Assembly (NCBI GenBank): GCA_963718565.1
Contig: OY970364.1
Coordinates: forward strand, 224,001 to 288,000
Direction of reading: 5' to 3'
Source: an uncultured Verrucomicrobiae bacterium
Lineage (GTDB): Bacteria; Chlamydiota; Chlamydiia; Chlamydiales; Rhabdochlamydiaceae
Length of the DNA: 64,000 nucleotides
Below the pieces are notes generated by a model. It saw only the letters and a program-made list of their open reading frames with translations, made no database searches and was not told where the DNA came from. Of this stretch, positions 9,486-21,142 are shown one piece after another. Positions within the stretch are counted from its first letter, which is position 1. Every line of letters starts with the position of its first letter. The translations under genes and the position numbers were made by a program.

Positions 9486-10806
9486 AATTTAGACCACTGT
9501 CTAAGCTAATATCCTCCCAATGCGAGGAGGCCAAAATGGCCAAAACAAAAAAACAATATTCACCGGAGTTCAAGCTCAAAGTAGTACTAGAAGTGCTCAA
9601 GGGTGAGAAGACAGCAACCCAACTCGCTGGCGAGTTGGGGGTACATCCCGTAGTTCTGTCGGAATGGAAAAAACAATTTATTGAGGCAGGACCTCAGATT
9701 TTTGTAAAGACCAGGAGGTCTAGGGATACAGCAGAGGGCAAAGAAAAGGCCGAACTGTTCGAACAGATTGGAAGACTCAAGATGGAGAACGAGTGGCTTA
9801 AAAAAAAATTGGGGGCTTTGACCTGAATGAAAAACGGGCACTCATTGAACCTCACGATATCAAATTTTCCCAAAGAGCACAGTGTAAGCTCCTCGGAGTA
9901 TGTCGATCTGGATTGTACTACGAGCCACAGCAGCCTGGTGAAGAAGACTTGCGACTCATGTGCGCAATCGACAAACAGTACCTCGAAACCCCCTATTATG
10001 GGAGGCGTCGAATGACAGTGGCAATGAGAAAACTAGGATTTGTCGTGGGACAGAAAAAAGTGCGAACAGCGATGCAGGTGATGGGGATAGAGGCGATCTA
10101 TCCAAAGCCGAACCTGAGCGCTGGGAATAAACAGCATAAAAAGTTCCCGTATTTACTGAGGGGCCTAATTGTTGATCGTTCCGATCAAGCTTGGGCAGCT
10201 GACATCACTTACATTCCATTAACAAAAGGATTCGGATATCTGTTTGCAATCATAGACTGGTATAGTCGGTACGTGATTGAGTGGGAGCTCTCAAATCTGC
10301 TTGATACAGAATTTTGCATGGAGGCATTGCAAAGGAGTCTTTGGCAAAAAAGACCTGAGATATTTAATACTGATCAAGGTGTGCAGTTTACGAGTAGTCA
10401 ATTCACCGGGAAACTTGAAGAGAATGGGATTAAAATCAGTATGGACGGGAAGGGTCGAGCTCTTGATAACGTGTTTATTGAGAGGCTGTGGAGAAGCGTG
10501 AAGTATGAAGAAATTTACCCGAAAGGATACGAGAGCATGAAAGAGGTTCGATCGGGGCTGAAAAAGTACTTTGAGTTTTACAACAACAAGCGACCCCATC
10601 AGGGTCTCGATTATCGAACCCCAGCAGAGGTGTATTATGGGACATAAGAAAAAGAAAGGGGCTTTGCCCCTTGAACCCCAGCAAAGGGCTGACTGCCCTT
10701 TGCAAACCCGTGGGCTTTTGTATAGGGCCCTGGGAGTTAGATTAAACAACAGAGGAGATTAGCTTAGATTTCTCGATTTTTGGTCTAGACAAAAGGAACC
10801 ACTTTA
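9471..10806 (+). mobile_element. IS3-family insertion sequence
   Basis: Imperfect 26-bp IRs TATAATGGTCCCCAAAATTTAGACCA and (reverse complement) TAAAGTGGTTCCTTTTGTCTAGACCA; orfA/orfB; no target duplication seen. Confidence 0.85.
9536..10647 (+). CDS. IS3 transposase OrfA (9536-9826) / OrfB, probably joined by a programmed -1 frameshift
   Basis: OrfA HTH (YSPEFKLKVVLE); A-run at ~9800-9808 in the overlap; OrfB DDE (WAADITY, NTDQGVQF, DNVFIERLWRSVKYE). Confidence 0.9.
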
Positions 10807-10837
10807 GTTTACATCGCAATCAAGAGGGATCAATAAA

Positions 10838-11197
10838 ATGGAAATTGAGCAGCAGTCTATTTCAGAACAAATCCAGTTTTCAGACTTTCTGAAGGTCGAT
10901 ATTCGTGTAGGCACGATTATTGCTGTAGAGGATTATCCAGAAGCAAGGAAACCCGCTTATAAGCTTGAAATTGATTTTGGCCCTCTTGGGAAAAGGCGTT
11001 CTTCAGCCCAGATTACCCAGCATTATCGAAAAGAGGAGTTGATAGGCAAACAAGTCATTGCTGTGGTCAATTTCCCTCCAAAACAAATTGGAAAATTTAT
11101 GTCAGAGGTGTTGACTCTTGGATTGCCCGATGAAAAACAGCAAGTGGTCCTTCTAGAACCTTCACTGAAAGTGCCAAATGGCGGGAGGTTGTTTTGA
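10838..11197 (+). CDS. csaA: tRNA-binding protein / chaperone CsaA
   Basis: [49 protein letters not shown]. Confidence 0.92.
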   Translation: MEIEQQSISEQIQFSDFLKVDIRVGTIIAVEDYPEARKPAYKLEIDFGPLGKRRSSAQITQHYRKEELIGKQVIAVVNFPPKQIGKFMSEVLTLGLPDEKQQVVLLEPSLKVPNGGRLF

Positions 11198-11691
11198 AAG
11201 CCCCTGCTTTTAAGGTCCGAAATGCACACCCTGAAGATACAGGATTAATTCTGCAAATGATTCGAGAGCTTGCTGATTTTGAGCAGCTCTTGGACCAAGT
11301 CGTAACGGACGAGAAAACTCTCAAACATAGCCTTTTTAACGATCCAAAAGGACCTGAGGTTCTGATTGCAGAAGAGAGCAATCAACCAGTTGGTTTTGTT
11401 CTATTCTTCCACAACTTTTCCACTTTCCTTGGTAAGAAAGGGATTTACATTGAAGATTTATATGTTCGTTCAGATTATCGAGGGAAAGGATATGGTGAGC
11501 TGATTCTAAGAGAGATATGTGAGTTGGCAAGGAAGCGTAATTGCGGACGTGTTGAATGGTGGGTGCTTGATTGGAATGAACGAGCAATCAATTTTTATAA
11601 GAAAATTGGGGCAGTTCCGATGTCTGATTGGACTGTATTTCGGCTCACGGAAGACTCAATCAATCGGTTGATACTAAAGACTGAAAAATGA
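11194..11691 (+). CDS. GNAT acetyltransferase, diamine/SSAT-like
   Basis: [36 protein letters not shown]. Confidence 0.9.
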   Translation: MKAPAFKVRNAHPEDTGLILQMIRELADFEQLLDQVVTDEKTLKHSLFNDPKGPEVLIAEESNQPVGFVLFFHNFSTFLGKKGIYIEDLYVRSDYRGKGYGELILREICELARKRNCGRVEWWVLDWNERAINFYKKIGAVPMSDWTVFRLTEDSINRLILKTEK

Positions 11692-12275
11692 AGAAGTTGA
11701 ATTCATCCGACTTGTCTCAGTTAGAGGTCTATTTATATTATTTCCACGTTTCCGAATTGAAGAAAGTCTGTGATCAATTTCAGCTCTCGTCTTCTGGGAA
11801 GAAGAAAGATTTGATTTTACGGATTTTGGCCTACTTCAAATCTGGCAAGAAACAAGAATTGATAGATTTTCCTGACAGCTCTAGAGCTTGCAAGGGAGAA
11901 AAATATCCGCTTGAACCGAAAATGAAAATCCTGATCGGAGCATATAAAAATGATCTTGCAACACGTCTATTTTTCAAGGAACTAATTGGGGATTATTTTC
12001 ACTTTACAGCTTTTGGAATTGACTGGATTAACGAGAGATGGGCACAGGGAAATCCACCAACTTATCAAGAATTTGCTTCTTTTTGGGAAAAGGAATATGC
12101 GTTTCGAAAAACACAGAAAGCAAAACCCAAAACAGAGTGGGCTTATTTAAATTTCATACAACGCTGTTCAAAAGAACATCCAGAATTTTCAAAAGCACAG
12201 ATTGTAAAGGCTTGGAAGCTCGAACGAAACTCTTGCATTCAGAAAGCCAAAATGATTCTTGAGAAAATTTCTTAA
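11688..12275 (+). CDS. SAP-like domain hypothetical protein
   Basis: ELKKVC....LSSSGKKKDLI.RI SAP-type motif; coupled to its neighbours. Confidence 0.55.
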   Translation: MKKLNSSDLSQLEVYLYYFHVSELKKVCDQFQLSSSGKKKDLILRILAYFKSGKKQELIDFPDSSRACKGEKYPLEPKMKILIGAYKNDLATRLFFKELIGDYFHFTAFGIDWINERWAQGNPPTYQEFASFWEKEYAFRKTQKAKPKTEWAYLNFIQRCSKEHPEFSKAQIVKAWKLERNSCIQKAKMILEKIS

Positions 12276-12298
12276 AACAAGAAGAGGTTTTTCATCCT

Positions 12299-13000
12299 AT
12301 GGATAAGGAAAAGAAAATGATCGGAATTCTAGCAGGGATGGGACCAAAATCAACTGGGCCATTTGTTGACCAAGTGGTGCGTGCATTTCAAATGTTGAGT
12401 GGAGCCAAAGATGATATCGATTTTCCTCCTATGATGATCTATTCTCTTCCAACACCTTTTTACGTAGATAGACCTATCGATCATAAGCTTATGGAAATGA
12501 CTATTTGCGAGGGACTGAAGAAATTAGAATCTTGTGGCGTTGCCTTCATTGCTATGCCTTGCAATACAGCGCATCGTTATTTTCAAACGCTAAAACAGTG
12601 CATTCAAGTTCCTCTGCTGAATATGGTTGAAGTCACTTTGAGCCGTATTCCAAAATCAGCTAAAAAAGTTACTGTGCTAGGAACTCGATCGACGCTTGAG
12701 TCAGAGGTTTATCAGAACGGGCTTGCTCATGCTCGGTTGAATTGTGTTCTCAATCCTGGATGGCAAAAGAAAATTGATGAAATGCTCTTGAGTATCAAGG
12801 CTTCTTCAGACCATCTTGTCGCTACCAAGTTATGGAAAGAGCTTAGTGAAGAATTACGAATGGCGGAAATAGACACCATTGTTCTTGCATGTACCGATTT
12901 AAATGTTGTCATCAAAGGAGCGCATTCATCGATCAAAATAATTGATTCTTCCCTTGCTCTTGCTGAGGCAATTGTTCATCAATGGAAAGCGATTCATTAG
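12299..13000 (+). CDS. Aspartate/glutamate racemase family
   Basis: IGILAGMGPKST, MPCNTAH and LACTD two-Cys motifs. Confidence 0.9.
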   Translation: MDKEKKMIGILAGMGPKSTGPFVDQVVRAFQMLSGAKDDIDFPPMMIYSLPTPFYVDRPIDHKLMEMTICEGLKKLESCGVAFIAMPCNTAHRYFQTLKQCIQVPLLNMVEVTLSRIPKSAKKVTVLGTRSTLESEVYQNGLAHARLNCVLNPGWQKKIDEMLLSIKASSDHLVATKLWKELSEELRMAEIDTIVLACTDLNVVIKGAHSSIKIIDSSLALAEAIVHQWKAIH

Positions 13001-14632
13001 CCTTTAACGTGATTCAAGGCGAGAAATGGGTGTGAAGCGATAGAGGTACACATTCAATAGGTTAGAGTGCATTAAGACTATGTTTCACACGTATACACCC
13101 TGTACACGTAGGATACAGGGTGGGACAAGTAATGGAGCGGGTCTACTTTTCTATCTGTGAGGACGCAATCACATAAAAGCGCTTTGATTTTGCTTCTGAT
13201 ATCGGTTTAGCAGAGCAAGTGAACTTGCCTTCAGCATCTTTCTTCAACAGTCCTCGATCGAAAAGGGTTTGTTTTACAAATTTCTCTTCTCGTCCCTTGC
13301 AAACTTCTCTTTTGAAGGTTTCTGGGAAAATATAGAACTCCATTCCTTCAGAGGTATGTTTTCGGAACCCAGATCGGTGATGAGTTCGGTATCCAGTCGA
13401 TGCTTCATCAGGATTATTAGCATACCAATCCGTAAAACGCGATTCTCCATGCTGTTCGAGGAAATATTCTAAATCGGCAAGTAATTGGGTGACTTCTTGA
13501 ATATCAGTACTGCCAAATACGGCTAGCCAATCGTTGAAACATTTCAATGCAGCCCGATGTGCGTCGCCTGGATTCCACCCGATTGCAGCCAAACCATCTT
13601 TGCCGAGATTGCGGGTTATGTTGCAGGCGATGGCGAACTCTCCAGCTGCGGCAACCAGGGCAAATCTCGCTGCAACTCGATGAATTTGGCCTGTTGCTTT
13701 TGGAGGCAGTGCCTCGTTCAAGAAACCTTCCATAGCCTTTTTTACAAAGGCTTTGGCATCGTGAATGTTTTGGGTAAGGATTTTAAGAAACTCTCTTCCA
13801 GCTGCGCCATAATATTTTTGAGCGTTCTTTGCTAGAGTATCTGCAAAAACTGAACCATTCGGAAGCCCATGCAGTTCCTCAAATAGCCCGTGCTTTCCTG
13901 TATCAGCAGGAATTTCTGCCAAGCGAATCTCTTGTCCAGCTTTTGATTTTTTGCCCGCCTGTTCCATGTGTGTAGAAAGGCCGATCTCTCCACTTGATAG
14001 AAACAGCACTCTCCAAGTCAATGGGTCTCTCAACCCCCCGTCCGCTTTAGCTCTGTTTTTGCCTGAACCATTGGCTAGCATATAGGCCGCATCACCAACG
14101 TCAAATGGGCTCATTTCTCCTATCTCATCCAAGCAGAGGATTGTGTCATTATGCTGGAATGCAATCCCTTCCAGTCCATTTGTTGTTGATTTCCACTTTC
14201 TCATAAAATCTTTCGATCCATAGACAGAAGAGCTTACGCGAAGGGCTGTTGTTTTGCCTGAACTACTGTGCGAATAGAAATGAAATCCTCCTCCCTCCAT
14301 TTCCATGAGATGTAGAAGTGGACCTGCAAACGAAGCACTTACAGAGAAAATTAATCTCGAATTGCCTACACAGAAGTCTGCAACGTGCTCTTGCCAATCA
14401 AGAAGAGTGCCTGAGGTAGCATAAGCGACAAAGTGGCAGGTTTTGCCTTGGATCACGATTTTTTCTTGCCCTAGATCACCTATATTCAAGTCAGGTAGCA
14501 CAAAGCCCTGCTTATGCCATCCAGTGCGAGAGACGCAGCGAGCTGTGTTTACAGGAGAGGAACGCTGCACGTAATCAGCAAGCCATTGCCTTGCTCGCGG
14601 CGATGTGGAAATTTCAAGACCAGCATTCATCA

Positions 14633-15811
14633 CTCACCTTACGCAAAATGGGCTCCAACCATATCGCAACCAGTTCTGAACCGCAGCCGTTCAAGTTCTA
14701 AAAATGCCATTCGATTTGCCTTTATCAGTAATTGATATTTCAGAGCAAAATGATTCAAAAAAGTTTGAGTTCGGAGAAATTCCAACTTGCAATAAGCGAT
14801 GATTGATGCAAAAATATGGTTCTTTTGAGAGCGCAGAACCTTAGTCGGCGATTTCTCAAGGCTAGTGTTCTGCTTGATCGATTTGTGATATTCTTCTATG
14901 CGCCACCGTTTTTGGTAGATTTCGTAGATTCGGTCAGCACTACTTTCTAAGTCATTTGTAACAAGGTATAGAGTGCCTGTAGAGCCGTCTTCGTTTTTGA
15001 AGATCTTTGTAATGAGTGCTACAGAAAAAGACATGTCTTTTAGCCAGACTATTCTTTTTTCTCCATCCTTGAGTGGTAATGCATTTAGATTTTGGTACTG
15101 ACCATTTTTTCTGTCCTCTTCAGAAAGAGCGACCAATCGATTAGCTTTGATCCCAATTACAAACTTCTTTTTCATATCATAATGAATAAACTCCATATTT
15201 TTTTTCGCTCCGAACCAATTATCAGACAATATATAGTCAAATTTAACCTTATTGGTTACAGCTTGGGCAATCATAGATCGAAACATTTGATTTTTACTGA
15301 CTGAAGACTGTCTTTTTACTTTTTTGCTGGCGACATCACAAAAAAGCACGTCTTTATAAATAGGCTCATAAGCAATGGGTAAGGCAATATCTCCGTAGCG
15401 AGCAAGACATGATAAAAGGTTGACCCCCTTCACACATCTTCCCTTGGCATGCGAGTAATGCCAACAAATAATCTCATTTTCGTCCGTGTAGGTCTTCTCT
15501 TCAATCGTGTCATCAAAAATAAGCACTCCTCCTACATCTTGTTCAATCTTGCGAATTTCCGGCTTGATGTATTCCCATAGCTCTTTGGATGAAAATTCAT
15601 TGCTGTTCAAAAATCTAGTAATTTTGTCATGACTAATCCGGCCTTCTAAGAGATCTGAGAGACCAACTGCTGTTGCATATTGATTCTGAGCAATCAAGTA
15701 ATCCGAATAGATATCGAGTAGTCTGTTCATTTTTTCTCCAAAAAATTGAACAAGACTACGAAAAAAAGACAGGCCTTATCAAGAAATTTTTACCGATTTG
15801 CGTAAGGTGAG
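14633..15811 (-). mobile_element. IS701-like element (transposase 14639-15730)
   Basis: 15-bp TIR CTCACCTTACGCAAA; 7-bp duplication TTCATCA (14626-14632, 15812-15818); SHDKITRFL, DDT, D.WF, RW.IEEYH. Confidence 0.9.
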
Positions 15812-16460
15812 TTCATCAGTGTACTCCTGAATTCAGCGCAATCTTTGGCCAACATTTCCATCGGCATCGGCCAAGTGTGATGAACTCCGTCAGCATCATC
15901 GAATTCAATGAGTTTCCCGTGATTTAACCCATTTTCGTCACGAATGCGGGCTGTGATTTGAATAGGAGACGAAATCCAAGTTTTACCTCCTTCATCTATA
16001 TGCCAAAGTCCATTTTCATCGACTTCAAAAGGGTTTTCTCCATGGATGATGGAGACATTTTCGACAGTCAGCAATTCAAGTTCCTTCCGTAGAGCTAAGA
16101 TAGCCTGTCTTCTTTCATAAAAGACCGCTTCGGTTTGAACTTGAATGGAGCTTTTGTTTTCACTCATTGGCTTTGTGTCAAAATCGCTTTCCGAAAGGAA
16201 TTTGTCATAGGCATGGATATCGCACATCAGCCGTGTGCTTTCTCGATAGATTTTCTCTTGGAGTATGGAGGTTTTAAGCTCGCGATTATTCTTCGCTTTA
16301 CCGACGGCAGTGAATAGCTTGTCATCGATGGGTATTTCTGAAATCTCAATCTGCAATTTCCAGGGATCGAGCAGAGTTTCCATTGAGCTTTTCTGTGCAG
16401 GAGGAGTTGCATACCCTTGATACCCGTCTATCCATACAGCACCTAATCGCATCAGCTTAG

Positions 16461-18527
16461 CCCAAGTTCGCGGCTTTCCCAGAGGAGCTATGCAAATTCG
16501 TCACTACATCTTGAATTAAACGAGTGTTTTATGACCTCTGAGAATTGAAGACGATAATCCCAGCGCCCTGTAAATCTCTATTTGCTCGCCTTCTGCCTTT
16601 GTAGTGCTGCGGTGGTAGAGCACCCTGCCTTCTGTTGTCTTGGCCCGCACAGTTACTCGGACTCGAGTAATCATGATATTACGTATTGTCTGCCACAAAT
16701 AGTTTATCCCTTTTCGAATTAATTGGTGCCTGCAGTGTTGGATTAGATGGTAGGCAAGTATGGTGATCCATAAATGCCCGTCCACTCGATGTTCCTTCTG
16801 GTGATAGACTGGACGCAATCCTAATGAGGATTTCATAAATCGAAACGCATCCTCAACGCTTCTGAGAACATTATACAATTGCCATAACTCTTTTGCTTCC
16901 AAATCGGTTCGATTTGTTCTCAGAAAATAGGAGCCAGTGAGCTTTTCTTGCATTTTTTCTTCGATCACCTTCCATTCCACAGCAATTGTGGTGAGCCCAT
17001 CTTCTGAAGGAATTGCATTGACTTCATAGCATCCTGAAATTCTCTTATGCTTTTCCTTGAGCCGACCTACCCGTTCAAGCACTTTGTTATGCTTCTTGCG
17101 CCCTTTAGGTTTGGAAAGACCATTCGCAAGTTTTTGTAGATCATCTTCAAATCGTTTTCTAAATTTTTTCTTCATCCCTGAGGCGACCGCTGCTTTTGCT
17201 TCAGATTCGCAATAGAGCCAATTTTCCTCATTACCATCCTGACTGATCAAGGCAGCTTTTACTAGGTCATGCTGATCACCTACTGAGACTAATTGTCCTT
17301 CAAATTCAACAACGGGAGGATCTTGTCTTGCTGAGACAACATACGTATATCTATTCTTGCGTAACCAGGTCAGATTCTCTTCGGTAGCAATCCCTGCATC
17401 CAATACAATAGTTGGCTTGATTAGAGACGAGTGAATACTTAGGCTCGCGATCATTGTTTGTAGGGTTTGGGGCTCTGAAGCATTTCCTGCAAGTAATGAG
17501 GTTTTGATGAGAAATCCGTGCTCATTCATGACTAGCCCTATAGTAATGAGAGGGCAATCATTTCGTTTTTCTTTCGAAAGACCATAGGCAGCTTTTGGAT
17601 TTGCCTCAGCCCGCCCTTCTGTATACGTATTGGTTAAATCGTAGAGAGCTATTGTACTTTTGTATCCATGAAATTGCTGTTCGATGGTTTCTAAAGCTGT
17701 TTCCAACCCGTCTTTATGAGACAGCAACGTATCGCTGATTTTATAGAGCTTGTGCAAAGTAGTTTTTGTAAAGTCGAAATCAAGTAATTCGCCAAGACCA
17801 CTGCTAGTGCATAGCCACCGATAAGCTTCCCTTTCGCTGCTTGGGTGTACAGCCCTGGCAACGATCGATCCCAAGGCAATTGCGGCATCTGTTTTTGAAA
17901 GGCCTAGTTTTTGCAGCTGTTCCGGCAGTTTGAGTTGATTTCCCATCTGAAGTAAGAGATGTTCCGCACCAACAGACCGTGGTTCAGTCTGTTCAATTGA
18001 ATGAACGTCGATATTGACAAATTCAGGTAGTAGATCTTGTTTTAGTTGTTCCGCGTTGTCTCCTGGGTCGGACAAACGACGCACAATCTGCGAGGTGTAA
18101 GATTGGGCTAGCTTTTGAATCTCTTCTGGATAAGCGAATAACGATTGCGCACTTGTAAGAATATCTTCAATGCATTGAGCGAGAAGTGCATGCTGTTCTT
18201 CTGGGAGGTTGATTTCGGCTCCCATGTATAGAAGCGCGCGTTGGCGCGGGCCTCTATCAGTCCTCACGGATTCAACCAAGTGAAAAGCAGAGTAGGTTTT
18301 TCCGCTCTTACGGTCTGTCTTGAGGGTTTTCCTTATATACATGCCCTCAGATCTTACCGATGGATCGAATTTATTTAAACATGAAATAATTATTTTACAA
18401 ATTTTCAGTCACTACAAATTCGCAAAAACAGCAAAGCACTAAAAATAAGGGACTTACGAAAGCAAAGGTTGATTTTAATGTTGTTGATTATGAGGGACTT
18501 AGGTCAGCTCTCTCGGGCGAACTTGGG
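16461..18527 (-). mobile_element. IS1634-family element, copy 1 (transposase 16516-18342)
   Basis: TIR CCCAAGTTCGC; duplication TTAG; YDLTNTY, VLDAG, VEDAFRFMKS.LGLRPVYHQ. Confidence 0.92.
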
Positions 18528-18682
18528 TTAGCTTTAATCGGAGGGGGCAGTTTTGTTTTTACTCTTATTAAGAGAGCATTTTTTGGGAAATCATTCCCAT
18601 TTTTTTCGTTTGATGGTATGTTCATTGTGTAACCTATTGCGTATAAGAGCATCGAGCTTGTCCATCTCGATGCTCTTTTTTT

Positions 18683-18880
18683 TTAGTTGCTTTTGTTTCT
18701 TTCCTCGACCCAGTCAAAAAATGCTTCTTCGTCGATCAAAATTCTTCTCCCCACACGTTTAAAAACTGTGTGGAAATTATTAAATTCGCCATTAAACACG
18801 TAATATCTAAGGGCCGCAGCAGTCGGCCACGTATGAAATTGTGGCCACTTCGTCAACGGGATCATTTTCTTCATCACCAA
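18683..18880 (-). CDS. Small excisionase/AlpA-like DNA-binding protein
   Basis: 65 aa ending KRVGRRILIDEEAFFDWV; homologous to 40023-40316; lies between integrase and replication gene. Confidence 0.7.
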   Translation of the reverse strand: MVMKKMIPLTKWPQFHTWPTAAALRYYVFNGEFNNFHTVFKRVGRRILIDEEAFFDWVEERNKSN

Positions 18881-18974
18881 CCTCCTATTGGTTTGTTTTG
18901 TAATGAATGGCCCTACATTGGCATTTAATGACGAAAAAAAAGAGAGATGGTCAATAGAAGTATCCCCATTTGAC

Positions 18975-19049
18975 GACGAGGGAATTTTCTCTCGAGAAAA
19001 GACATTGACGAGGGAATGTGTCGACTAGAAAATGTGCTGACGGGGGAAT
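18975..19049. promoter_or_regulatory. Three GACG(A/G)GGGAAT direct repeats with a 32-bp period
   Basis: Copies at 18975, 19007 and 19039, upstream of the xis-like gene. Confidence 0.6.
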
Positions 19050-19130
19050 GCTTTACGTGTGGTGATAGCTGAGATTGTGATATTAGCTAGGGATAAATAC
19101 TTTCAGCGGGCTATCGAAATAGGAGAGGAA

Positions 19131-19874
19131 TTATTTTTTAGGATTGTAGTTGGGATTCAAATCGCGAATCCAATCTTCGATCGTTTTGGGGTCAATTGCA
19201 TTAGTTTTTCCCATGATTTCTTGCGCCATAGACACAGCTTTTTTAAAAAGAGGCTGTTTCTGAATCGTTTGAAGAGAGAGCGTTTTATCTGCCTTCCAAA
19301 GACTTGCAGCAGCAACTCGGCAAAGCAATTTTCCTTGTTGTTCGGGACGGAACCGCCCCATGTCGTATGCAAGAATACCACGCTTTAAATCTTCTTCCTG
19401 CCCTGGTTGGGATAATTTTTGATTTTCTGGCTCTTGAATAGGGAATGGCAGATTTTTCGATTTCATCCATTGAACTACACTGGAAGCGGGGAGATTTCGT
19501 TCGCTAGAACTAAAGTCAAAGGGGTCTGGTTTGGGAAAGCCTCGTTCTAACAAATCTTCCAAGTTCTCTTCATCTAACCAACGAATGAAATGAGGGATTG
19601 GATTGGTATACTCCTTTTGAGGAAAATGCACTCGAAGATAACTTAAAAATTCTCGATGAGCTTCGTCTACGGTTTTTCCCAGTGGACAATCTAGAATGCG
19701 CTCGGGAATTACGCCATAAAACAGTAAAATGATTTCGTGAAAAGACAGCGTATCCACCCTTTTCCAATATTGGAGTTCTTTGTTTGTCAGGCTAAATAAC
19801 CTTTTGACAATTGAAAGGGGAGATTCATTCTCCAATGAATTAGCTTCTGTGTGATTTTTAGTCTTAGTTTTCAT
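19131..19874 (-). CDS. Integrase-coupled hypothetical protein, possible C-terminal HTH
   Basis: Overlaps the integrase stop; C-terminal KTIEDWI resembles KTVYGWV of 39185-39907. Confidence 0.6.
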   Translation of the reverse strand: MKTKTKNHTEANSLENESPLSIVKRLFSLTNKELQYWKRVDTLSFHEIILLFYGVIPERILDCPLGKTVDEAHREFLSYLRVHFPQKEYTNPIPHFIRWLDEENLEDLLERGFPKPDPFDFSSSERNLPASSVVQWMKSKNLPFPIQEPENQKLSQPGQEEDLKRGILAYDMGRFRPEQQGKLLCRVAAASLWKADKTLSLQTIQKQPLFKKAVSMAQEIMGKTNAIDPKTIEDWIRDLNPNYNPKK

Positions 19875-20967
19875 GGAGTAGTTCCTCGAGGCGATTGACG
19901 AGTTTTCGTTTATGCGCGTTTGCTAAATGGGAATATCGTTTCGTGGTCTGCAAACTTTTATGGCCTAAAATTTCGGCCACTTCTCGAGTAGAGGTTCCAT
20001 CCATGGTTAAATAGCTTGCAGTTGTGTGACGAATGTCATGGAAGCGAAAGTCTTGAAGAGCGGCGCGCTTGACGACGGTCTCCCAGGCAGAGCGAATGCA
20101 CACAGGCTGATTAGGGTCTCTGGGAGAGGGAAAGAGCAAGTTTGATCCTTCAATAGGCCGATTTTTAATCATCTCGAGAATTTGATCGCTGATAGGTAAT
20201 GTCCGATTATCGCCGTTTTTCGTATCGAGGAGGAGGAAGATGCGATTCTCTAGATCGACCTCTCTAGCTCTTATGCCTAAAATTTCGGATTTTCTGGCTC
20301 CAGTCGTTAAAGCAATGAGAAAAATGAGGAGAAGGTCTTTGTTTTGGCTCCGTTTGCACTCTTCTGTAAGCCTAATGAGTTCCTCTTTGCTTAAGTAACG
20401 GACTCGGCCTGGAGGAGATTTGGGCTTTCTTACTTTGAGGCAGGGGTTTTCGTTCATCCATTGCCATTCGGTTACTGCAGTGCTAAGAACATGAGAAAGG
20501 CTCGCCAAGTATCTAGAGACGGTGCTGTTGGAGCGCAGTTGTTCTGGACGGATGTTTTCAGCAAGCATCTTATCGCGCACCTCGGCGATGACTGATTGGT
20601 TGAGACGGCTTAGCTTAAGATGGCCAAGTTCTGCTTCCCATCGATTGAGGTGTCTTGCGACGTTTTCGCCATCGTTCGTTTTAAGAGGAAGAATTTCTCT
20701 TCGATAGCGACGAATGGCATCAGCAACTGTATGTTGATCGGCTTTTGAAAAGCTGACATAGAGTCCCTTTTCAATTTGGCCTTCTGTGACTCGTTTCCAA
20801 CGCTTGGCATGAGTGAGGCATTTAAAGTTTTTTGATACGGGCTTGTGCCCCTTGATCCGAATACGAACTCTATAACGGTAAGTTCCATCTTCGAGTGGCA
20901 GGCGATCAATGCCTGGAGGAATATTCATGGCGTCTCCTTGTGTCTGTTTTTTCAAAGAGTTAGCCAT
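19864..20967 (-). CDS. int: Tyrosine integrase of element 2
   Basis: GARKSEI, TKNG, FHDIRH, LGH, RYSH; next to the att site. Confidence 0.93.
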   Translation of the reverse strand: MANSLKKQTQGDAMNIPPGIDRLPLEDGTYRYRVRIRIKGHKPVSKNFKCLTHAKRWKRVTEGQIEKGLYVSFSKADQHTVADAIRRYRREILPLKTNDGENVARHLNRWEAELGHLKLSRLNQSVIAEVRDKMLAENIRPEQLRSNSTVSRYLASLSHVLSTAVTEWQWMNENPCLKVRKPKSPPGRVRYLSKEELIRLTEECKRSQNKDLLLIFLIALTTGARKSEILGIRAREVDLENRIFLLLDTKNGDNRTLPISDQILEMIKNRPIEGSNLLFPSPRDPNQPVCIRSAWETVVKRAALQDFRFHDIRHTTASYLTMDGTSTREVAEILGHKSLQTTKRYSHLANAHKRKLVNRLEELLHEN

Positions 20968-21001
20968 GCGATTGTTTGTCCTCCGATGTAGACTTTTGCT
21001 G

Positions 21002-21024
21002 TTTAGTGGTCAGCCATTGGTCAT
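21002..21024 (+). repeat. Putative arm-binding site type B (integrase-proximal)
   Basis: TTTAGTGGTCAGCCATTGGTCAT, matches 6757-6779. Confidence 0.7.
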
Positions 21025-21095
21025 CAGAGAGTAGCAAACATTTTAGTGAGAGCCAATTAATTTCTTATGTCGCTGATAATCAGCTAGATGAAATG

Positions 21096-21142
21096 TGGGG
21101 CAAGCAGGACTTGAACCTGCGACCAGCGGGTTATGAGTCCGC
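21096..21142 (-). other. att site: variant tRNA(CAT) 3' half (junction of elements 2 and 3)
   Basis: Same acceptor strand and anticodon loop; T-stem GCAGG/CCTGC instead of CCTGG/CCAGG. Confidence 0.9.

Larger units (their letters stand above)
13143..18625 (-). pseudogene. DUF927 replicative helicase-like gene (741 aa when reconstructed), interrupted by IS701 and IS1634
   Basis: 18625-18528 + 16456-15812 + 14625-13143 = 2226 nt, one open frame; SSSGKTT Walker A, LCLDE, RFALVAAAGE. Confidence 0.85.
6647..21142. mobile_element. Integrative element 2 (~14.5 kb; int-ORF-xis-DUF927 core plus cargo)
   Basis: Bounded by att cores CGGGTTATGAGTCCGC (6631-6646, 21127-21142); type B arm sites near both ends; integrase 19864-20967. 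Confidence 0.88.

Noticed and set aside
10656..10710. GC hairpins after IS3 orfB as a possible ncRNA
   Set aside because: Lies inside the IS; no evidence of an independent RNA
13087..13122. CACCCTGTA/TACAGGGTG inverted repeat with ACACGTA repeats after DUF927, as a possible origin
   Set aside because: Too short to distinguish from a terminator between convergent genes
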